64,000 bases of DNA, taken from contig CM114271.1 in the NCBI GenBank assembly GCA_050084515.1, positions 48,546,001 through 48,610,000 of the forward strand, in the 5' to 3' direction. The position numbers and the translations under genes were made by a program. The notes under the pieces are model-generated. The model did not search any database. It saw only the letters and a list, made by a program, of their open reading frames with translations, and had not been told where the DNA came from. This DNA comes from Blasia pusilla. Its lineage: Eukaryota. Shown piece after piece: positions 41,531-52,500 of this stretch; position 1 is the stretch's first letter; every line of letters starts with the position of its first letter.

Positions 41531-44112
41531 GGCTGAGCAGCGTCGTATGAGATCGCGACAGATCATAGCGGTTGCGTTGGTGAGCCCCATGCCTACCGAG
41601 ACGGTGGAGGCAATGGCTGGGGGCGAGACCCGAGGAGATCGGGAGAGACACCCTTGGACTTCTTGGGATGTTTTGCAGGTATGCAAGGAGATGATAGCCA
41701 CAACATCGAGCATGGTTTCGGCCACTGCACGTGGAGGAGATTAGAGTTTGCAGTTGGCTGCAGGAGAGCGGCCGAGTGTTGTCGTTCGAGACAGGATTGC
41801 ACCATAGCAACCACCGATACCCGCGCCGGAGAGTCCTACCGTAGTCACGATGGAGACTTGGGAGCCAGATATGGGCCCTAAGTTGACAGGAGGAGAGCGG
41901 CGCCGAATACATCAGTTCCTCAGGAGTTGTAGGAGCTGCTTTGCGTTGAACATGGAGGATTTGGGTACGTTGAAGGGACCGAGGATCCGCATTAAGTTGT
42001 CGAGTGATACGCCGATCTTTCGACGACCCTACAGGTACAGTGATATGGAGAGGGCTCTGATTCAGAGTAGGAGCCAGGACTTGGTCAGAGCAGGACTAGT
42101 GGAGATGTCGCATGGGGAGTATGCATCTGCCACTGTCATGCCCACCAAGAAGGATGTGCATGGCAACTCGACGGATAGGCGGATGTGTGGGGATTACCGA
42201 CCTATCAATCGGTAGACGAAGTCCGATAGGTATGCCATGCCCACCCCTGAGGAGATCTTTGATACGATTGGTCACGCAAAGATCTTGATTCATTGATTTA
42301 TGAGCGGATACCATGTACCCCTATCAGATTGGGAGGACAGCGTAAGACGGCATTTTGGGGCATCGATCCTCACGGGAAGGATTGTTTGTACCAGTGGCGG
42401 TTCTTACCATTTGGGTTAAAGAACGCCCCGTCTGAGTTTCATAGGGTCATGGATAGGATCTTGGCTGGTCTGGATTTTTCTAGGTGTTATATTGATGACA
42501 TCGTAGTCTTTAGCACCACGGTTGAGGAGCATGAGCGACATCTAGAGGAGGTGTTTCGACGATTGCAATTACATGGGCTGAAGCTGCATCCAGGCAAGTG
42601 CAAGTTCTTCTACGACAAGATTGAGTACTTGGGTCATACGATATACCCAAGGGGCCTTGGTGTTCATCAAACGAAGGTAGAGGCTATCTCACGCATTCCA
42701 CGCCCTACAGATGTGAGCCGTGTTCGCGCATTCATGGGATTGGCGAACTTCTATCGGCGATACGTGAAGGGATTCAGTTCGATTGCGAAGCCACTAACCT
42801 TGCTAAAGGTGGATCACGAGTGGCACTGGGGGGATGAGTAGGAGTGAGCATTTTAGTTGCTCAAGGACAGGTTGACGTCTGCGCCCATCTTGAGGAGACT
42901 GATCAAGGGGCGTCCTTTCCAGTTGCACACAGATTGGAGCATGTTGGGGCTTGGAGCGGTGCTCATCCAACATGATGATGAGGGTAGAGAGTTCATGGTG
43001 GCTTATGCTAGCCGCTCGAACAACGTTGCAGAGGCGAAGTACAGCTCGTATGAGGATGAGTGCTTGGCTACGGTGTGGGCTGTCGCGCATTTCAGGTGTT
43101 ACTTATTCGGCAATCCCTTTACCATCATCACTGATCATCAACCACTGAAGTGGTTGATAGAGTCCGACAAGCTTACATGGAAGCTTGCGAGATGGGCTAT
43201 GTTGTTGCAGGAGTATGATTTTTCAGGTGGTACATAGACCTAGGACGCTCAACCAAGATGCAGATGGGTTGAGTTGTAACCCATGACCGAGTTAGCGAGA
43301 TGCGAATGGAGCTCGATGGCATGGAGAGAGTGATGAGGAGTCAATGCCAGGATGGCACGCGTTAGCCTATTTAGGCATGTTGGTTATGGAGAGCCAGAGT
43401 GTGGAGACTTCGATGACGAGGTCTAATGGAGAGTCCTTGGATCCCGAGGCCAGTGAGGAGACGAGAGGTGTCCGAGATATTCATGATGATGGAGTAGTCT
43501 TGGAGTACCTTCGTACTGGAAGAGTTGCGAGCACTATGGGTGCTAGAAAGTGAGATCGGATCCTACAGCAAGCCAGACGGTTCCGTTGGGAGGGGACACA
43601 TGTTTTGAGGGTTTGGAAGGATGGCAGAGTAAGCGTAGTGCCGCATCCTTTGCAGAGAGCACGACTAGTGCAGCATGCCCATGAGGAGTTGGGTCACTTT
43701 GGGGTGAAGCGGACGTACATCTTGCTCCAGATTCAGTATTGGTGGCGAGGCATGCATACTGACGTTCAGCAGTTTTTTGCCAGGTGCATGGTGTGTGATC
43801 GGGTCCGAGCATCGTTCAATGCTCCAACTCCACAGTTGCATCCATTACCGATCATGGGCTTAGGGTACAGATGGAGTTTCGATTTTGCAAGACCTTTGCC
43901 TTTGACACAGCGTCACAGTCGTTATGTGTTGGTGATGGTCGAGCACTTCTCGAAGTGGATCGAGTTGGTTGCATTGCCTGACAAAGCAAGTGAGGGAGTA
44001 GCTTATGCCTTCCTTTACAGAATGCTGAGTCATTATGGCGCACCAGGTGAGGTGTTGACAGACCAGAATACCGAGTTTCGGGACGAGTTCCAAGCCTTGT
44101 GTGATCAACCGC

Positions 44113-45371
44113 TGTCGTATAGTAAAATCAATCAGTATATAAATTCCTTCGTCATTAAATGTTAGATAGAATTTCATTAGTATTAAGTAAATTGGCTTAG
44201 AAAAACAAAATTCTTATGTTTAAACCTCTTTATGGTGCCTCTTTTATGCGGGCCCAACTTTAGAAAAGGAGGTAATAAATAAAAGATGACTTTATAAAAG
44301 TAAAGTAGTTGCTTTAATAAAAAGAAAAAGTAGTCTTGGTTGGTGGCTAGTTTGGAAAATATCAAGTGGATAAAAGAGGATATTTTGGAAGAGATAAGAG
44401 GAAATCTACTTGTGTCAAAATGTGATTGGTTAAGCCTTGAGAGGAAGCCATGTGGCACAAGATAAGATAAGCTCTATTTCGTACTCTTGTGGATCCCTTG
44501 TGAGTATATAAAGAGGAGGAACCTTCAAGGATTCATCACCTTCTATTCCACATCTTGAGTCTCTCGTGTCTCTCTCGAGTGTATGTCTTTGGGATTGCTT
44601 GCTCTTCCAATGAGAGTGGATCACCCCTCTTGGGAGAGTAACTTGATCATGGTCTATTCTTCGAGAGGTTTCTAGAGTGTGGTGTGTGTGTGTGGAGATG
44701 AGAGGTTTGTCACCTTAGAGGAGTTTAGTCATACTAAAATAGTGGATGTTTTGGCTTGTTACTTCCCCAATGAGAGTGGATTATCCCTCTTGGGAGAATA
44801 ATTCCGCCAAAATCCATTCTTGAGGAGAGAAAAGAATATCTATCAAGCATGGATAGGGGTGGAGCACGAGTTGTGTCCGACTTTCCTTTCCTCAATCCAT
44901 ATCATGTCAAAGGTACTTTTTGTAGATAGACACTGGTTCACTCGATATTTAGTTTATCACTGTGGGGAAGCGTTCATGAACCAGGTCATGCAATCTCCAA
45001 CTCCGGTGATTCTTCCTATCGTCACATATGGAAGGACATGGGATTGTACTTTATATGTCCTTATATAGCGATCCATGGATGTCAATAGGCCTGCTCAATT
45101 AGGGTTTAACACTAGTTGTGCTATCTTCCTCGTGTACAAGCGTAAAATAGTTTATAAGGATTTTATAGCTAGGAATTTCGGGGTCCGATGTTACAAAGAA
45201 GTGATCGCCTCGGCACTTCCATTTGTGATACCTGTCGTGAGAGAATGGAGAGTCTACATCATAATTTTGTATTGAAAAAGGAGAACTTTTTAGAGAGTTC
45301 ACCTTGCATCGACCGCATCTACCGCAGCTAGAAGGCCCGCCCTTGCTCGAAGAAAGACTCTCGACACGACA
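44113..45371. mobile_element. 1.26-kb solo-LTR-like or mini element inserted in the integrase of E
   Basis: Termini TGTCGT...ACGACA. It splits the integrase peptide CDQ|ALINHRTTSRDHP. 4-bp TSD CCGC/GCGC with one mismatch. AT-rich, non-coding, TATATAAA at ~44506. Confidence 0.8.
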
Positions 45372-46029
45372 GCGCTGATCAACCACCGCACGACTTCGCG
45401 AGATCATCCCGAGGCGGATGGATTAGCGGAGAGAGTTGTGCAGACGGTGAAGAGGGGTTTACGCAAGTATGGCTTGCAGAGAGGTCAGCTAGGAGATTGG
45501 GACATCCATTTTCCATGGTTGGCGATGGGATACAGATTCAGCAGGCATGCATTCTTAGCGTCTTTTTCACCGTACTTGCTACTTTATGGCCGAGAGCCAA
45601 ATTTACCTGTGGCCATTCGTCAAGATGTTGTGAGGTGCTGGACCTTGATGACCCAGATGTATGGGTGCGAGCATGTTCTCAAAGGGCTGAGTTGTTTCGA
45701 AGAGTGATGCCCATGGCGTTCGAGAACTTGGCGATTGCGCAACATCGAGATACGTTGAGGTATGCGACTATTCGGGGTGGTGGTTATCGACCAACTATCC
45801 GGAGGTTTCATCAGGGAGATTATGTCTACTTGCGTGACGGCGGCAAGCGGCGTTGGATGTGATGCAGGCGCACTATCCGAGAGTGCGTGACGTTTTGCCA
45901 TCCGGTGTTCTCTTGCTGGAGGGACGCGATGGTATGGTATGGAAGGACCATGTGCGTAATTGTGCACCATGTCACCTTCCTAACATTGATAGTAGAGTGG
46001 ATCCGAGCTTAGCAGTAATTCCTGCAGGC

Positions 46030-46160
46030 TTGCGTTGTATGTTGTGTGGTGCGGCCACGATGCTAGTCTGTGATGGTTGTTCGAGAGATTGGCATATGGC
46101 ATGTGTGACGCCACCTCTCACTAGGATTCCTCGGGGACGATAGATGTGTCCTAGATGTAC
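46030..46160 (+). pseudogene. PHD finger at the integrase C-terminus of element E
   Basis: Reads LRCMLCGAATMLVCDGCSRDWHMACVTPPLTRIPRGR*MCPRC, a C4-H-C3 pattern with the conserved Trp mutated to a stop. Confidence 0.88.
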
Positions 46161-46350
46161 ATAGAGGAGATACTAGGTAGGTTTTGATCCCGAATTTTTC
46201 TCTGACATGGATGACATGAAGGCGACTAACGATGGGGCCACATGAGCACCCGGACTTCTTGCTCTTAGCGTCCGAGAGATGTATGTCATGGTAGGTAGGG
46301 ATAGATGGCTATCTGGAGTTAGAGGGACCTAACCACCAGGTAGGGGGGCG

Positions 46351-47125
46351 ATTGGAGATATTTTGGTTCTTCTTGTCTCGTTGTTTGGATGCCATGAGTT
46401 AGCAGGGGATCGTGCGTGTTTGTGTGTGTGTTCGATAATAGCGATGTATGTTGTGTAGCGATGTGTATGCGCACGACAACTATCACGTCCTTTAGGATAG
46501 ATCGGTGAGATCTAGTAGAGCGTCTTCAAGAGTAGTGGAGGATAGGCCTAGGAGGTCGAGGATGACCTGCTGAAGCCCCGGGGAAACCTGAGAGAGCAGG
46601 TTTCCCCTTCGTTTTTGCTCATTTGGAACCATATTTAGGAACTTACTATTTTAGGTAAGTACCCTTTTGAGTATATGATCGATTTTCTATTTTTGGTGAG
46701 TGGCCCTTGACCTCCTACATCAGGTCAAGAGCCAAAGAGGTGACTTGGGAGAATAGGTTACCATGGAGAGAGCTTGGGAGAGGGGAGGGGTATATATCCC
46801 AAGGAGAGAGAGCTTGAGAGCTCATTCTCTCTTTGTTGAACCTCTTGGCATGAGGCGGCGGAGCTATGGTCCCTTGCCTTGTGAGAGTAACCCAAGCCTT
46901 TCATTAGGAGAGTGGGTTTGGTTTGACATGAGAGAGAGTGCACACCTTTGAGAGTTATGGTGTGAGATTGTGTAGAGAGAGATTGGATCTTACTTTAATT
47001 GGAGATATTTTGGTACTTCTTGTCTCGTTGTTTGGATGCCATGAGTTAGCATGGGATCGTGCGTGTTTGTGTGTGTGTTCGGTGATAGCGATTTATGTTG
47101 TGTAGCGATGTGTATGCGCACGACA
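46351..47125 (+). repeat. B1-A2-B2 block at the 3' end of element E
   Basis: B1 46351-46478, 2-nt spacer AC, A2 46481-46997, B2 46998-47125. Preceded by purine tract AGGGGGGCG (46342-46350). Confidence 0.92.
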
Positions 47126-49578
47126 CCCTTGATCTTGTAAAGGAGGTCAAGAGCCAAAGAGATAAGGTGTGAGTATAGATTTATGTGGAGAGAACTTGGG
47201 AGAAGGAAGAGGTATATCCAAAGAGGGAGTTTTGAAGCTCATTCTCTTTTTTGAACCTTTTGGCATGAGGCATTGGAGTTATAATCCTTCATGCCTTGTA
47301 ATTAATCCAAACTTCTTATTAAGAGAGTGGGTTTGGCTTGACTTGAGAGAGAGATAGAAATTGTGTGAGAGATTGTAATGCCTTTGATTTACAAAGAGAG
47401 AATGAAGGAATGAGAGCTCTACAATGCAAGAGCTTGATGGTTGTTTGTTGGTTTTGTAGGTTGGGGACTGTGTTTCCCATTGAGTAGTTCATGGGAATGC
47501 TCACAAGAGCAAGAGCCGTCCCATTGTGTACGTCATTGGAGTGGTCTTGATTTACAAAGAGGTAAGGGTTTACCTATGACCATTCGTTACAATGCGAGTT
47601 AGTTATTGAATCTCAAGAATCTGAATGTATGGACATGAGCATGTTCTCAACGGGGTTGACTTGTCTTGGAGTGTTATATACCCATAACGTTCAAGAATTT
47701 GATTATTTCACATCATCAGGATATGTTGAGGTATGAAAATATTTGGGAAGGTGATTATTGACCAAAAATCTACATAGAAGTTCCATCGAGAATACAATCT
47801 CTACTTTCAGTAGACGACCCTCACAATATTGGATGTTATAGCAAGGTGCGCTATCTTCAAAGTGCATGAGGTGTTGCCATCTATATTTAATGTTCTCATA
47901 TTGGAAGGAAGTGATGTTATGGTTTGGAAGAACCATGTGCATAACTTTGCGCCATGTCACCTTCCGAATATTGATGGTACAATTGATCTAACCTTAACAA
48001 TTAGATGCTACTATTGTTAAGATTGCTAACAATTAGATGCTACTATTGTTAAGCTAGTTATATATTGTATAGATTTTCCCGTAGTAACAATAGAAGCTAG
48101 TTATATATTGTATAGATTTTCCCGTAGTACAACCATTCAACCACCATGCTACTCTATGGTGGATGTTTGAGAGGATAGTATATGGCATGTCTAACGCCAC
48201 CTCTCATGATCAGTAGTGTTCTTCAAGGACTATGGATATGCCCCAAACGTAGGTAGAGTAGGTACTAGATAGTCATAGATCTAGACTTGAGTTAATGATA
48301 TGGATGATATGGATGATAAGAAGACGACTAACGATGGAGCCATATGAGCACCTGACCTTTTTGCTCTTAGTGTCCTATAGATGTATGTCATGGTTGGTAG
48401 GGATAGATGACTATTTAGAGTTAGAGAGACCTAACTAGGGGGGCGATTAGAGATATTTTGCTACATAATTGTCTTAGTATTTAAATCACATGAGTGTGTA
48501 TGATATGTAGTGTGCATGTGCTTGAAGGCAATGCCAATCATGTGTGTTGTGTAGCATTGTGTATACGCATGATATCATAAGAAAAATATCTTATGTCATT
48601 TTGGACAAGTCAACACTAATTACATTAATGCATTTTTTAGCAATTGTCAATTGACAATGAGCACATGATTAAAGATAATTTTCAAGGTTTGGGATTAGCT
48701 TTATTAAAATAAATAGAAGTTGACCCCCAAATGTTAACTCATTAAGAACCCAAGTTTGTGTCTAAAGGACTCTTAATTTCTCACAATTAGATCAAATCAT
48801 TCTTGAGTCTAACCATAGCCCTATTTTCTAATATGGTTATGGTTTAATAGTGTGTATTGAATTAGATTTTGGCCATGCAAGTTATAAATCGACCATACAA
48901 TTAATTGTTTTGAGTTTCTCCTCTTAGAATCCCTCACTAAACTTGACATCCAAATCACTTGTTTGGTCATGAAAACACTTATCAACTAGGTTATCATATC
49001 ACATAGTGTCTACACACAACAATCAATAATCATAAAGTAGATTGACAGTATTTTTTTTGGAATGTTGCAAGAGATTGATATTTTCAATGACAGGATGCAA
49101 GTAGAGTAGCTTTTCAAGTAGTAGACTGATTGTCACTCCCTCATAAGATAAGCAAGAGATTCAATTGTAGCTAATGCAATGTAAGAAACATGGTTCTGTT
49201 TCTTCTACCTTGGTGCTCTCATCTATTGCATTCTTGTGCAACACAAGTCACCTTTGGTCCAAGTTTGCCTTTCCCCTACTAGAATGCAATAGATCGCATA
49301 TATTTTGCATTAAAAGAACTCTATCCCCTAAAAGTATTCTAAAGATGAGATAGAATAAAGGATAAGGTTTCTTTAAAAAACTTAGACACTTATTGATGCA
49401 TATGTTGAAGGGATCACATAGTCGCTTGGGTTTGGCATTACACAAGATTACAACCTACTTTGGTAGAGTTGGTCATCTTCAACTCCAAATGAATCAAGTG
49501 GTGAAATGGATTGTGATGGAAATGACACTCTCTCCTTGCAACCATATTCTCAATCCAAGACAAGACTAGGATCCCTTT

Positions 49579-52500
49579 TGTTGTGTGCATCCATATCGTT
49601 ACACAATCCACATCGCTAGTCACATCTACACAACATATCATACCAATCTTTCTAACACATCGGTAGATCCACATACAAACAAAATACACTCGTGCCTATA
49701 CATCAAGACCACACAACTTCCTCCCTAGTTGGCAGTGGGGTCTCCCTATGGCTAACTCCAATAACACATATTACATCTACCAGACATGACCTACAACCTT
49801 ATACATATCTAGCACCGTTGGTGTTGTCATTTCCGCAACATCTTCCAACACATGCTTGATCCCACGCGTTCCACGGAAGCCGGGTTAAAATATTTTATTT
49901 TAGATCCATCTCACCTATCTCTATCTAGAGATATCAATATATCCGTATGTTTTCCTACAACATTGCACCTAGCTTTCATGTTTATCAAAATCTAACACTC
50001 AGATCCTCTTCCAGATGTTGCCACACAATAAGTGTGGTATGCAAAGATATCAAGTCTCCACTCCAAGAGCATAACCATCACCTCAGTATGTCTACTCCAA
50101 GATACAAGCACGGTTCCACACCTACCTTACAAGCTCGTTTGCTACTCAACGCTCGTACCTAGCAATAGTGAAGAGGTCTCACCAATATGCATGCAGGAAG
50201 AAACATCTGCCATGGCATGGCCCTCCGTGGAACTATCCCCTATCAAGATGTCATATGTAGGTGCGTTCCCCTCCATCAACTCTCTTGGCAAGCTAACAAC
50301 ACATGTGAATATTGCCAATGTGGTTATTGTATCGTCATTTGGTCGACCATCATTACGCCGTACAAACCACACTAGTAATTGGTTCACTTGTCCATCACCT
50401 AATCATCATCCTGGCCGATAAGACATTGTCTCTTCCTAGATATCAAGGATGAAACCAAGGATACAACACCTTGCTTCCTACGAACACATCATATGAATCT
50501 ATTGGTGTTGTAATCACACCAGTGCGCACTACGGCATTATTTGATGCAATTATGGTTGGAGTTTGGCAACTTACTTCTGTTGAGTCATGTACTATGTGGA
50601 TGATACGCCCCAAATAGATGTTTGTATCTAAAAGGAAAAGGCTCAATATGGCCTTTTTGTAATCCCAATGCCAAACACCCCGCCTTTCCTAATATCCAGG
50701 GTTGTCCTCTTGAATCAAATAGGACACGCTAGGGGTGATACACTATACCTGTGGGACTAACCAAGCAAAACACTCCAACTTGATTATCCAAAAACACCAC
50801 AAGTGGTGTCACTATAGCTTGCTCCATGGGTAGATCAAGTTGGCATATCCATCAATTTCGTCATTGTAGCCTGCCAAGATTGAGAGGGGGGACATCCCGA
50901 GCACATGCTCCGAGGGCATGTTGATCCACCATCTCCTCAACAACCACCTCTAAAAAAGAGGGAGTTACCTCTCCACATTTACACAAAGTGGTAGCTACTA
51001 AAACATCTCTGCTGGTCCAACTCCATGGCAGAAAATAAAAGAGTCTGACTCACCCTAGTGGCCACCACTTGTCACGTCTTTTAGGATAGATTGGCAAGAT
51101 CTAGTAGAGAGCCTTCGCAGAAAGTGGAGGACAACCTCAAGAGGTCGAGGATGACGTGTTGAGGCCATGGATAATCTGAGAGAGCAGGTTTCCTCTCCAT
51201 TTCGCCTCATTTGGAGCAACATATAGAAACTTACTATATATGGTAAGTTCCCATTTTGAGTATAGTTGACTTTCCACTTTGGGAAATGGCCCTTGACCCG
51301 CTACATGGGGTGAAGAGCCAAGGATGTGACCTGCAAGCATTGGTTACCATGGAGAGAGCTTAATTGGGAGAGGGAAGGGGGTATACCTCCAAGAGAGAGC
51401 TTGAGCTAGCACATACAAGGCAAGGAGGAGCTATGGTCTTCCTTGCCTTGTATGTGTAACCCAAGTCTCTCATTTAAGAGAGTGGATTTGGTTTGACATG
51501 AGAGAGAGAGAGAGAGAGTTCACCTTGTGGGAGCTCTAATTAATTGATTTATTGGAGATATTTTGGTACTTCTAGTTTCGATGCCATGAGTTAGCATGAG
51601 ATCATGCGTGTTTGTGTGTGTGTGTTTGGTGATAACGATATATGTAGCGATGTGTATGTGCACAATACACTTGTGGGCACCATTGGTCATCTAAGCATCA
51701 TAAATGGTGTATGAATTGCCTTCGACAACATAAATGAATTGGGAAATTTTGGCTTGTGGCCCATTGGTCCCCTCTTGTGGGTCAATCTCAACCCCACCTT
51801 AGTGTGGCTTGGTCAATCTCCTAGCACCCTTAGTCACCACCGCCGCAACCTCTATTTGAGTTGGATTGCACATAAATCTCAACGAGTGTAATTTCATTCC
51901 AAATCCTCACATGATGTAGAGGCTAGAGCTAACATAGGTACTCTCAGCTCTGTTTCCATCATTGGTTGTGTCATTGACATAACAACAATCCTCAGCTCCA
52001 AGTGATCGATACGAGTGAGGAGCATCCTCCATCTCCTCTGATTGGTGGTGGAACTCTACCATCTCGGTCCTCAACTCCTCGATCTCCACCAACTCTCTTG
52101 CCTCAAGGCCCTCGGCCTATTTTTAGACATAGCTCTTAGTGAAGATCAAAACACCTATCCCTAGTGCAACCATATCGGTGATAATGGTCATACTATAAAT
52201 TTGGTGGAGCCATCCTAGGTGGCTCATGAGCAATCGAAGGCACCCTCAGACCTCTACCATATTGTGGGCATTCCCTCTGCCTATAGGCCCACCACACATC
52301 TAAGAAGCCAACATTGGTCCATGTTGGCCAACAAATGTCGGTACGGGCCGTTGCCTCATAGGCTCATAATATCCGCCTTGCTCTCTGGGCACACCAACCT
52401 GCTCTCGTGGTATTGGTGCATGTTGGGGCACTTGTGGGGCTACTGGCACTCAAGGACACCTCAACTCCTAGGGAAATCCTATGGTCATAACTTGCTCCTC

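Larger units (their letters stand above)
37742..46160 (+). pseudogene. Decayed polyprotein of element E: gag-CCHC-aspartic protease-DNMT3-like MTase-RT-RNaseH-integrase-PHD
   Basis: Gag 37742-38766, knuckle CDYCERYGHTRARC ~38868, protease VLLDSGAQP ~39880, MTase 40590-41530, RT ~42000-42840 (LPFGLKNAP, YIDD), RNaseH 42857-43237 (LHTDWS..GLGAVL, TDHQPL), integrase 43605-44112 plus 45372-45990 (HEELGH, CMVC, SFDF, TDQN, GLAERVVQTVK), PHD 46030-46160. Many premature stops and frameshifts. Confidence 0.92.
35438..47125 (+). mobile_element. Element E (subfamily 1), most complete copy, with split direct repeats A1-ORFs-B1-A2-B2
   Basis: A1 35438-35956 and A2 46481-46997 are nearly identical. B1 46351-46478 and B2 46998-47125 are 128 bp each. 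Termini TGTC...GACA with 4-bp TSD CCCT (35434-35437 / 47126-47129). Complete but stop-ridden polyprotein inside. Confidence 0.9.
26487..48574 (+). mobile_element. Old host retroelement H (A-[deleted internal]-B), interrupted by nested elements C/B and E
   Basis: Starts TGTCACATCTTTTAGGAT (A-type repeat). Its A repeat is split into 26487-26585, 35310-35437 and 47130-~47400. Integrase-C/PHD remnants lie at 47829-48250. A purine tract at 48437-48445 precedes a B-type repeat ending ...ACGCATGATA at 48574. Flanked by 4-bp TSD TCAT (26483-26486 / 48575-48578). Confidence 0.72.

Noticed and set aside
35438-47125. Classification as a Ngaro/DIRS tyrosine-recombinase element
   Set aside because: No YR motifs were seen. 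A protease, an HHCC-DDE integrase and a TSD are present.
47996-48130. Two short tandem duplications (~26 and ~36 bp)
   Set aside because: These are ordinary slippage/repair scars in decayed element H.
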